Origin: Gemmatimonadota bacterium
GTDB taxonomy: Bacteria > Gemmatimonadota > Gemmatimonadetes > Gemmatimonadales > GWC2-71-9
Assembly (NCBI GenBank): GCA_039587315.1
Contig: JBDHIS010000001.1
Location: 39-64,038 of the forward strand
DNA: 64,000 nt
Direction: 5' to 3'
A program made the translations under genes and the position numbers. This document shows positions 56,811 through 64,000 of this stretch, in pieces; position 1 is the stretch's first letter; every line of letters starts with the position of its first letter. The notes below the pieces were generated by a model. It made no database searches and was not told the origin of the DNA. It saw nothing but the letters and a program-made list of their open reading frames with translations.

Positions 56811-57692
56811 GTGAGCGTAGGCATCGTCGTCGGAGCCGCCGTGCTGACGAGCGATATGCTCGAGGGCCGCTACGACGTCCACATGCGTGCCGCGGGGGCC
56901 GAGGGGCTCAATCAGGACACGCGGGTCGAGCTGCAGGGCCTGGACATCGGCCGCGTGACGGCCGTTAGTCCGCACCTCGACACCACCACGAACACGCTCA
57001 CGTTCTTCGCCACGCTGTCGATCCGCGAGCGCTTCCCGGACGGCACCCGGCTGCGGCTCCCTGTGGGCACGCGCGCGGTGATCCAGCCACCACCGACGGT
57101 GGTCGGCGCGGCAGTGATCGACCTGACGATGCCGCCCGCATCGCCCGCGACCACGTTCCTGGAACCCGGCGACACCGTGGAGTCGGAGCGGCGGGCCGGC
57201 GTGATGGACGTCCTGACGGAGATCGCGAGCGGCATGCATGAGGACGTGCTTGCGGCGTTGGCGGAAACGAGGCAGCTGGTCGTTCAGACCACTCGCGCGG
57301 TGGACCAGACGAACCTGCTGCTCGCAAGCGCGCGGCCCCAGGTCGAGGAAGTCCTGTCGCGCCTGAACGGGAGCCTCGAACGGACCGACCGAATAATGGC
57401 GCAGGTGGAGCCGTGGGTCGGCCCCGTGGCGGACAGCATCATGGCAACGCTGGTTCATACTCGGAACGTGCTCGTGGGTCTCGACTCGTTGACCTCGACC
57501 GCCCACGACATGGCCAGCGGCAGCCGGGCGGCGATCAACGAGACTATCGAGAGCCTGTCACGCTCGGCGGAGATTCTGGAGCACTTCTCCGAGCAAATCA
57601 GCCGGCGGCCGATGCGTATGCTGTGGGGCGTCACACCGCCCCCGCCGGAGGAGGAAGGAACGGAACAGGACAGCACGGACCAGAAACGATGA
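56811..57692 (+). CDS. mlaD: MCE/MlaD-family substrate-binding protein (true start probably upstream)
   Basis: The MCE core is VELQGLDIGRVTAVSP. The first canonical start, GTG 56811, cuts through a predicted TM helix (DFLVGLFILVSVGIVVGAAVL). The frame is open from 56754. Confidence 0.72.
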   Translation: MSVGIVVGAAVLTSDMLEGRYDVHMRAAGAEGLNQDTRVELQGLDIGRVTAVSPHLDTTTNTLTFFATLSIRERFPDGTRLRLPVGTRAVIQPPPTVVGAAVIDLTMPPASPATTFLEPGDTVESERRAGVMDVLTEIASGMHEDVLAALAETRQLVVQTTRAVDQTNLLLASARPQVEEVLSRLNGSLERTDRIMAQVEPWVGPVADSIMATLVHTRNVLVGLDSLTSTAHDMASGSRAAINETIESLSRSAEILEHFSEQISRRPMRMLWGVTPPPPEEEGTEQDSTDQKR

Positions 57693-59626
57693 AGTACACA
57701 CTGCTGCACTCCAGCACGTTCACGCCCCAGGACATATCGGGTGCCCTCGCAGCCGAGGGCGTAGACGTGCAGCCGCTTGCATCGCCCGGCGACCTGGCCG
57801 TGGCGGGAGTGCCTACGGCGCTCATCCTGGATCCGTCCAGCCGCACACTGTACACGCCCGAGAGGCTGCGCACTTTCGTCAGCAGTGGTGGCGCCGTTGT
57901 TGCCATCGGGATGCCCGACGAGCAGGACGTTCCCGAGGCATTCGCGGACGACCTCGTCGCCGCGTTCGTGCCGCATGGCCACGGACCGCGGCAAGTGCTC
58001 GTGGCGCTGCGTGCGGCGTACCGCGAAGCGGCCTCCAGGGCAGAAACGACACGCGCGCGCCAGGAGGCGGCGTTCCGCACGCGCGAGATCAAGGAGCTCA
58101 CTCGGATCGGCATGGCGCTGTCCACCGAGCGGGATCTCGACACGCTGCTCGAGCTGATTCTCACGCAGGCGCAGCAGATCACCGGCTCCGACGCGGGCAG
58201 CCTGTACCTGGTCGAGACACCGGATGGGGAGGAGCGGCAGCTTCGGTTCAAGCTGTCGCAGAACATGTCCCGAGCGGACATCCCGTTCGTCGAGTACACG
58301 ATCCCCATCGACACAGCCAGCATCGCCGGGTATGCGGCAGCTACCGGCGAGCCCCTCGTGATCGACGACGTGTATTTCCTGCCCCCCGACGTGGACTACA
58401 CGTTCAACCGCTCGTTCGACGAGAGATACGGCTACCGAGCCAAGTCGATGCTGACCATCCCGATGAAGGACCACAAGGACGAGGTGATCGGCGTCGTGCA
58501 GTTGATCAACCGCAAGCGGCATGGGGAGGCGAAGCTGGAATCGCCCGAGGACTTCGACGCGGAGGTCATACCCTACACGCACCGCCTCGTAGAACTGGTC
58601 TCCGCGATGGCGGGACAGGCCGCGGTCTCGATCGAGAACTCACAGCTGTACCAGGACATCGAACGCCTGTTCGAGGGCTTCGTGAAAGCCTCCGTCACCG
58701 CCATCGAGCAACGCGACCCGACGACCTTCGGTCACTCCGGCCGCGTCGCTTCGATGACGGTCGCCCTGGCCGAGACCGTGGACCGGGCGAACGACGGGGC
58801 CTACGCCCACATGAGGTTCTCGCGCCAGGAGTTGCGTGAGATCCAGTACGCCGGACTGCTGCACGACTTCGGCAAGGTGGGTGTGCGCGAGCAGGTCCTG
58901 GTCAAGGCAAAGAAACTCTACCCACCCGACCTGGCGTTGATTCGGCAGCGCTTTGCGTTCATTCGCCGCACGGCCGAGAGCGAGTACCACCGGGCGCGCG
59001 CAGAGTACCTGTTGAAGAACGGGTCCGCCGGCTACGACGAGTTCATCGCCGGGCTCGACGCGGACCACACGCGAGAGATCGGCGAGTTGGATGAGTTCCT
59101 GCACCTGGTGCTCGACTCCAACGAACCCACGCTGCTGCACGAGGGGAGCTTCGAGAACCTGCGCAAGTATGCGGAGCGGTTCTACGATGACCTCGAGGGC
59201 CGGGAGCAACCCTATCTGTCAGACGACGAGGTGCGGTTCCTCAGCATCCGGAAGGGGAGCCTGGACGAGGCGGAGCGGCTCGAGATCGAGAGCCACGTCA
59301 CGCATACCTACCGCTTCCTCCTGCAGATCCCGTGGACCAAGGAGCTGCAGTCCATCCCGGCCATAGCCTACGGCCACCACGAGAAGCTCAACGGAAGCGG
59401 CTACCCGCGCAAAGTCGGGGGCGACCTGATCCCCATCCAGACCCGAATGATGACGATTGCCGACATTTTCGACGCGCTGACAGCCGCGGACAGGCCTTAC
59501 AAGCGCGCCGTTCCCCTCGACAGGGCGCTGGACATTCTCACCGACGAGACCGGGTCGGGCCAACTCGATCCCGAACTGTTCCAGCTGTTCGTGGACGGTC
59601 GAGTCTTCGAGCACTCCTCAGATTGA
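57689..59626 (+). CDS. HD-GYP domain cyclic-di-GMP phosphodiesterase-like protein with GAF domain and degenerate receiver-like N-terminus
   Basis: ATGA overlap with the MCE gene. GAF: LELILTQAQQITGSDAGSLYLVE...AVSIENSQLY. HD-GYP: HSGRVA...LLHDFGKVGV...AYGHHEKLNGSGYP...IADIFDALT. Confidence 0.85.
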   Translation: MKYTLLHSSTFTPQDISGALAAEGVDVQPLASPGDLAVAGVPTALILDPSSRTLYTPERLRTFVSSGGAVVAIGMPDEQDVPEAFADDLVAAFVPHGHGPRQVLVALRAAYREAASRAETTRARQEAAFRTREIKELTRIGMALSTERDLDTLLELILTQAQQITGSDAGSLYLVETPDGEERQLRFKLSQNMSRADIPFVEYTIPIDTASIAGYAAATGEPLVIDDVYFLPPDVDYTFNRSFDERYGYRAKSMLTIPMKDHKDEVIGVVQLINRKRHGEAKLESPEDFDAEVIPYTHRLVELVSAMAGQAAVSIENSQLYQDIERLFEGFVKASVTAIEQRDPTTFGHSGRVASMTVALAETVDRANDGAYAHMRFSRQELREIQYAGLLHDFGKVGVREQVLVKAKKLYPPDLALIRQRFAFIRRTAESEYHRARAEYLLKNGSAGYDEFIAGLDADHTREIGELDEFLHLVLDSNEPTLLHEGSFENLRKYAERFYDDLEGREQPYLSDDEVRFLSIRKGSLDEAERLEIESHVTHTYRFLLQIPWTKELQSIPAIAYGHHEKLNGSGYPRKVGGDLIPIQTRMMTIADIFDALTAADRPYKRAVPLDRALDILTDETGSGQLDPELFQLFVDGRVFEHSSD

Positions 59627-61150
59627 GCGGCGCCTGAGCGCGGCGCCGCAGAGCCCGACCGCCAGCACGATCACCAGCGTTCCCACCCAATCGCCGAAGC
59701 GCGTGTAGAGCGTCCCGGCGTTCGATGTCACGAGCTCGTGCGCCGCGAACGTCTTCACGTCCAGCTCGGTGCGACGGTGCCGTCGCCCCAACGGATCCAC
59801 GAACTCCGAGACGCCGCTATTGGCGGCGCGCGCAATTCCCACCCGATTCTCGATGGCACGCATCACGAGATGTGCCGCGTGCTGGTACACCGCGCTGGTA
59901 CGACCGTACCAGGCGTCGTTGGTGATGTTCACCAGGAAATCGGCGCCGCGCTTCCGATAGTCGCGGGAGAGATCCTCGAACGTGGACTCGTAACAGATCA
60001 GGACGCCGAAGTCTCCCGTTGCGACTTCGAACACGTGGCCTGGAGCGCCCCAGCCGAACCCACCGAAGAAGTCCATCCCGAACCAGCCGGGATTCACAAA
60101 CGGCACGCGCTCGACAATCGGGACGAGGTACTGCTTGTGATACGCAGGCTGGCCATCCATCCGGCCCAGGGAGTCGAACAGGAATGCGGCGTTGTAGTAG
60201 TCGTGAGTTCCGTCCTCGTACAGCTCGAAGTCGTGGCCACCCACCAGCTGCGGGACGCGTGTGGCCCGCGCCAGTTCCGTGATGCGCTCGCGCCACCGAG
60301 GGTGGTTGCGGAAGTACCCCGGTACTGCCGTCTCGGGCCAGACCACGAGTCGTGGCTCGCTCTCGTAGATGGCGCGCGCCGCCAGGTTGAGCAGCGCCTC
60401 CACCGTGGAGTCCTGCGCAGCGGTCTCCCACTTCTCGCGCCACCCCACGTTGGGCTGCAGTACGGCGATGCGACCGACCGAACGCAACGTCACGGAGCGC
60501 TCGCGAACAACCCCGTAAACCAGCGCCAGCATCAGTCCGACGGCGACTCCGCCGGCGATCCACGCAGCGCGCGCCCGCTCCCGCCGTCTCTGCCAGGCGA
60601 AGGCGATGGCCGTGTTCGCCAGAGCCAGGAGATAGGTGACGCCGCGCGCTCCCACCACATCAGCTATCTGCACCACGGTCGGGAAGCCGGTGAGCGAGGT
60701 GCCCAAACCCAGCCACGGGAAGCCCACCTGCGGCAGGTTGCCTATGAGCCACTCGGTAGCGGTCCACAGGATGGGAAACGCAGCGATCACACCGAGTCCC
60801 GTTCGCCGCATTATCCAGCCGGTGAGCGCGAAGGTGCAGGCGGTGAACATCCCCAGGATCAGGACGGTGACCGCGAATGCCAGCGCAGAGAGGGGCGAGA
60901 AGCGCCACAGCGCGACGACTATCCAGTACAGTACCAGACCGTTGGCCAGCAAACCGAACCAGAAGCCCTGTGCCAGCTGGCGGCGCACCGGCCGCTCATC
61001 TTCCTGCCCCGCCAGGACCAGCAGGACGGCGGGAACGAGACAGACGAACGACGGAAGGAAGAGGTGGAACGGGGGATACGCGGCGCACAGCAGCACGGCA
61101 CCGCCGATGACGAGCTGCCAGTCACCGCGGGGCAGCGCGAGATCTCTCAA
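59618..61150 (-). CDS. lnt: apolipoprotein N-acyltransferase
   Basis: TTG 61150 overlaps the upstream TGA (TTGA). N-terminal polytopic region. The CN-hydrolase part has LVVWPETAV, GVLICYES and NITNDAWYG. Its 3' end overlaps the convergent HD-GYP gene by 9 nt. Confidence 0.85.
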   Translation of the reverse strand: MRDLALPRGDWQLVIGGAVLLCAAYPPFHLFLPSFVCLVPAVLLVLAGQEDERPVRRQLAQGFWFGLLANGLVLYWIVVALWRFSPLSALAFAVTVLILGMFTACTFALTGWIMRRTGLGVIAAFPILWTATEWLIGNLPQVGFPWLGLGTSLTGFPTVVQIADVVGARGVTYLLALANTAIAFAWQRRRERARAAWIAGGVAVGLMLALVYGVVRERSVTLRSVGRIAVLQPNVGWREKWETAAQDSTVEALLNLAARAIYESEPRLVVWPETAVPGYFRNHPRWRERITELARATRVPQLVGGHDFELYEDGTHDYYNAAFLFDSLGRMDGQPAYHKQYLVPIVERVPFVNPGWFGMDFFGGFGWGAPGHVFEVATGDFGVLICYESTFEDLSRDYRKRGADFLVNITNDAWYGRTSAVYQHAAHLVMRAIENRVGIARAANSGVSEFVDPLGRRHRRTELDVKTFAAHELVTSNAGTLYTRFGDWVGTLVIVLAVGLCGAALRRRSI

Positions 61151-62148
61151 AGCGATACTTCGCTGCCTTCCGCCGCAGAGCGCTCGGCGGCCTCCATGAC
61201 GCGGTGCAGCAGGAGCTGGTCGCGCAGGTCGGGCGTGGGTGCCCTGCCCCGGGCGATGTTGAGGAAGTGGGTCCACTCCTCGCGATAGGACACGCTGAAA
61301 GCGCTCTCGTGCGAAGCATCGGGGGTCACGTCGACGGGAGCACCGTGCATCTCCTTGAAGACCATCAGCGGCGGGATGCTCGCGGACCCCTCATCGCCCA
61401 TCACGTCGAGTGAGAATCGCTCCTCGTGACCGATGTAGCGCCACGCCACGTCGATGAAGATCGAGTGCTCACGCGCGCACCGTATTAGGGCGCATGCGGA
61501 ATCCTCCACTTCGCCGTCGCCGCGCGCACTGTACACCGCGGTCACACGCTTGGTTGCCGGGCAGCCCGAGAGCCACAGTCCCAGATCCACGAGCGGCAGC
61601 CCGAGGTCGAACATGGCGCCGCCACCCGACTGGGCCCGGTGCTCGCGCCATCCCGCTATCTGACCTGGCGGCCGGTTGATGTGCCAGCGCCCTCTGATCG
61701 CGTTCAGCCGTCCCAGCTCTCCGCCGGCCAGGAACCGCCTGATAGCCTCCACGTCGCTGCGGTAGCGGTGGTTCATCCCCACCAGCACCGCCCTGTCGGC
61801 CGCCTCGCAAATGGCCGTCACCCGCTCCACTCCCGCCGCTGACAGCGCGAGCGGGCGCTCGCACAGCACGTGCGCGCCCCGCTTCAGGGCGATCTCGACG
61901 TGAACCTCGTGCAGGTGGTTGGGAGTACACACGACGATCGCATCGGGCTCGGTGTAGCGCAGCAGGTCCTCGATGTCGTCGAACACGTTGGGGATGCCGA
62001 ACCTGCCGGCCAGCGCCTGCGCCTTGGGAAGATCCGTGTCGCAGATGCCCACGACCTCCGCGTCATCGCGGCGAGAGAGAGTGACCAGGTGCGCCACCTG
62101 CGCGATAGACCCAGCGCCGACTACTCCGACTCGAACGACGGGGTTCAT
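61147..62148 (-). CDS. Gfo/Idh/MocA-family NAD(P)-dependent oxidoreductase
   Basis: VGVVGAGSIAQVAH and AIVVCTPNHLHEVHVEIALKRGAHVLCERPLA. Confidence 0.85.
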   Translation of the reverse strand: MNPVVRVGVVGAGSIAQVAHLVTLSRRDDAEVVGICDTDLPKAQALAGRFGIPNVFDDIEDLLRYTEPDAIVVCTPNHLHEVHVEIALKRGAHVLCERPLALSAAGVERVTAICEAADRAVLVGMNHRYRSDVEAIRRFLAGGELGRLNAIRGRWHINRPPGQIAGWREHRAQSGGGAMFDLGLPLVDLGLWLSGCPATKRVTAVYSARGDGEVEDSACALIRCAREHSIFIDVAWRYIGHEERFSLDVMGDEGSASIPPLMVFKEMHGAPVDVTPDASHESAFSVSYREEWTHFLNIARGRAPTPDLRDQLLLHRVMEAAERSAAEGSEVSL

Positions 62149-62792
62149 CCGCCGCCTCCGTATGGAATGCGATAGGTCAGCCCCATCCGGGCCGTGAGGG
62201 TCATGAGCTCGGTGGTCAGCTCGCCGCGAACGGCCGCAGTGAACATCACCGTGCGCGCGAGAAGCAGCTCGAATCCGGTGGAGGCTATGAGCCCCGCGTC
62301 CACCATGTCCAACGCGGACTCCACGAACGTGCCGTCGATGACGGGGCCGTCTCCGTCACGGAAGTGCACGGCGACGCCGAGGCCCGCATAAGGACGGATG
62401 CGGCCGTCCGGGTGAGGCACGTACTGCAGATCGAGCGAGAAGCCGAGGTCGGCCCAGGTCATCGTGCCGAGATCGACCGTAACATCGAGCGTGTCGGGCA
62501 GCACGCTCTCGATCTGCCGCTCGAACTCGGCGATCTCATCGTCATTGAAGCCGGCCTTGAAGTACGATGCTCCGAGCAGCACGCGTATCTTCGGCGCGAC
62601 CAGCCCCACGTCCACCGACAGCGCACCGGTCACGCTGGTGGTCAGCCGGTTGGATGCCACGACGCCGAATTCGATACCAACGCCGCTGAGCCGCAGGCCC
62701 TCGTAGCTGAACTGCTCCAGGAAGCTCTGCGCGGCCAGCGGCGCCGGCGCCGCCACCAAGAGTGCGAGAGAGATCCTAATAGAGGCGTTCAA
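62145..62792 (-). CDS. putative outer-membrane beta-barrel protein
   Basis: Signal peptide MNASIRISLALLVAAPAPLAAQ. Alternating strands and a terminal ...GLTYRIPYGGGG. ATGA overlap with the downstream oxidoreductase gene. Confidence 0.5.
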   Translation of the reverse strand: MNASIRISLALLVAAPAPLAAQSFLEQFSYEGLRLSGVGIEFGVVASNRLTTSVTGALSVDVGLVAPKIRVLLGASYFKAGFNDDEIAEFERQIESVLPDTLDVTVDLGTMTWADLGFSLDLQYVPHPDGRIRPYAGLGVAVHFRDGDGPVIDGTFVESALDMVDAGLIASTGFELLLARTVMFTAAVRGELTTELMTLTARMGLTYRIPYGGGG

Positions 62793-64000
62793 GGCGCGTC
62801 CCCGGGAAGTAGTTGGAAACTATCGTGCGGGCGTCCTGGCCCGCGCGAGCCCGGCCGACCGCTCCCCACTGGCAGAGGCCGACTCCATGACCCCATCCGG
62901 CGCCGGTGGCCCGCACCCGCACCACCCGACCACCGCTCTTGTCCACAGCGAGCTGGAATCCCGTGGCGCCCAATGCGCGCCCGTCCGGCTGCCTGAAAAC
63001 CGAACGAAGGTCGGGTCCGAACACCGGTATCTCGCCGCGGCCGACTCCGATCCGCACCTCAGCTACCCGTCCCGAGGGTCCCGTGCGCTGCACGCGCACG
63101 TCGCTGAGCTGATCGATCGCGGCGCGCTCCACGCCGAGCACGGAAGGAACGCTCTCGCGCAGTATGCGTGTCAGCTCCTCACCATCCCACTCTACGGTCC
63201 AGCGATAGTGCGGCGAGATGTCGCAGTAGTGGCCTCCGGCGTGGGCGTCGGACACCGGCCTGAGGTACGGGAGCCGCTGACCGAAACGGAACACCTCCTC
63301 CGGAGAGGCCGTAGAGAATCCACAGGTGGAGCTGAAGAAGGCGGTGATGAGCTCGCCGTCGTACGTGACCACCAATCCGGTGGTAGACCGCAATGCCTGC
63401 CAGCCCTGCTCGCTCTCCGACGACACCCCCGCGTACGCCTGGTCCGAAACTGTGGCCCGCAAGTCGTAGCCGTTGGACGCGTACTTGCCGCGGCTCTTCA
63501 GAGCGTACGTACGGGAGACGATCGCCTGGGCCTCAAGGGCGGCTTCCTCGCCGCGGGCCCTGCGTCCCATCTCCGCATTGATCACTCCAGCCAGGTACGC
63601 TTCGGTGGAGACTTCGTTCACGGCGGTCACGCCGCCGCCAGACACGTACACCTCCACAACTCCGCGGTAGGGCTTCCCGCCGACCGTCACGAATCGTGAG
63701 CGGTCCAGGCTCACGAACGTCACCCGCTCGTAGCGCCCGCTCGCCGCCCCGCTCACCCGAATCGCGCGCCCGTCCGCGGTGAGGCGCACCTCCTCGCCGC
63801 GCGAGAGACGAAACTGCACGCTGCCACTTACCGTGGCGCCGACCGTGCCGGTGCCGCCGATCCGCGCTTCGCTGCCTCCCGCCACCAGCGCCACGCGCAG
63901 GGAGGGCTCGTCTCCCGAAGTCGTGACTCCCGAGGGCTTGGCGCACGTCGCCACCGCCGCTGCGAGAACGACGCTTCCGGCGAGCAGCGCAGCCCGCGAT
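62776..64000 (-). CDS. SpoIID/LytB-domain protein (5' end beyond window)
   Basis: The frame stays open to the window edge, reading ...SRAALLAGSVVLAAAVATC, which is signal/lipobox-like. SpoIID-like motifs are YLAGVINAEMG, AQAIVSRTYAL, CDISPHYRW and GHGVGLCQWGA. Confidence 0.8.
   Translation of the reverse strand, partial: SRAALLAGSVVLAAAVATCAKPSGVTTSGDEPSLRVALVAGGSEARIGGTGTVGATVSGSVQFRLSRGEEVRLTADGRAIRVSGAASGRYERVTFVSLDRSRFVTVGGKPYRGVVEVYVSGGGVTAVNEVSTEAYLAGVINAEMGRRARGEEAALEAQAIVSRTYALKSRGKYASNGYDLRATVSDQAYAGVSSESEQGWQALRSTTGLVVTYDGELITAFFSSTCGFSTASPEEVFRFGQRLPYLRPVSDAHAGGHYCDISPHYRWTVEWDGEELTRILRESVPSVLGVERAAIDQLSDVRVQRTGPSGRVAEVRIGVGRGEIPVFGPDLRSVFRQPDGRALGATGFQLAVDKSGGRVVRVRATGAGWGHGVGLCQWGAVGRARAGQDARTIVSNYFPGTRLERLY

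Noticed and set aside
1-64000. Checked for CRISPR arrays, rRNA genes, IS elements, prophage genes, toxin-antitoxin pairs and known defence-system hallmarks.
   Set aside because: I saw no regularly spaced direct repeats, no rRNA-like conserved blocks, and no transposase, integrase, Cas, restriction or abortive-infection-type motifs in any frame.

Overview
GC-rich, densely coded bacterial chromosome segment. I call about 57 CDS and one tRNA. I found no rRNA, CRISPR array, transposase, integrase or prophage genes. Lnt, LolA, Omp85/BamA-like, Mla/MCE and SPOR proteins indicate a diderm organism; a Gemmatimonadota-like origin is only a guess from composition and protein style.

Layout:
- 1-15.7 kb: signalling/accessory region with an orphan receiver, tRNA-Gln, a large lipoprotein, and a five-gene same-strand block. 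The block holds three tandem paralogous cytoplasmic GAF/PAS histidine kinases, a stand-alone receiver, and a protein combining an ATPase-less H-box domain, a receiver and a Hanks-type Ser/Thr kinase.
- 15.7-36.5 kb: housekeeping genes prs, rplY, pth, hppA, ychF, rpsF-rpsR-rplI, a Dak2-DegV fusion, rsfS, two SPOR proteins, smc, an S8 protease, aroF and lolA-like.
- 36.6-46.5 kb: envelope locus around a DUF3604-like protein, a PpiC-type PPIase-like protein and a long HupE/UreJ-like membrane protein. It also holds a TMEM175-like channel, an alpha-carbonic anhydrase and an Omp85 protein.
- 46.5-52.8 kb, minus strand: rpmE-prfA-prmC-ylbF-like-tmk-S41 peptidase-DUF2520 operon.
- 52.9-64 kb: Crp-family regulator with a CRP-type palindrome upstream of an MBL hydrolase, a Mla-like operon whose ATPase subunit looks catalytically dead, an HD-GYP protein, and lnt, an oxidoreductase, an OM barrel and a SpoIID-like protein.

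The best candidate for an undescribed system is the kinase-to-Ser/Thr-kinase phosphorelay at 3356-13210. The DUF3604/PPIase/HupE-like locus is second. All domain calls come from reading motifs in the translations; no database search was run.
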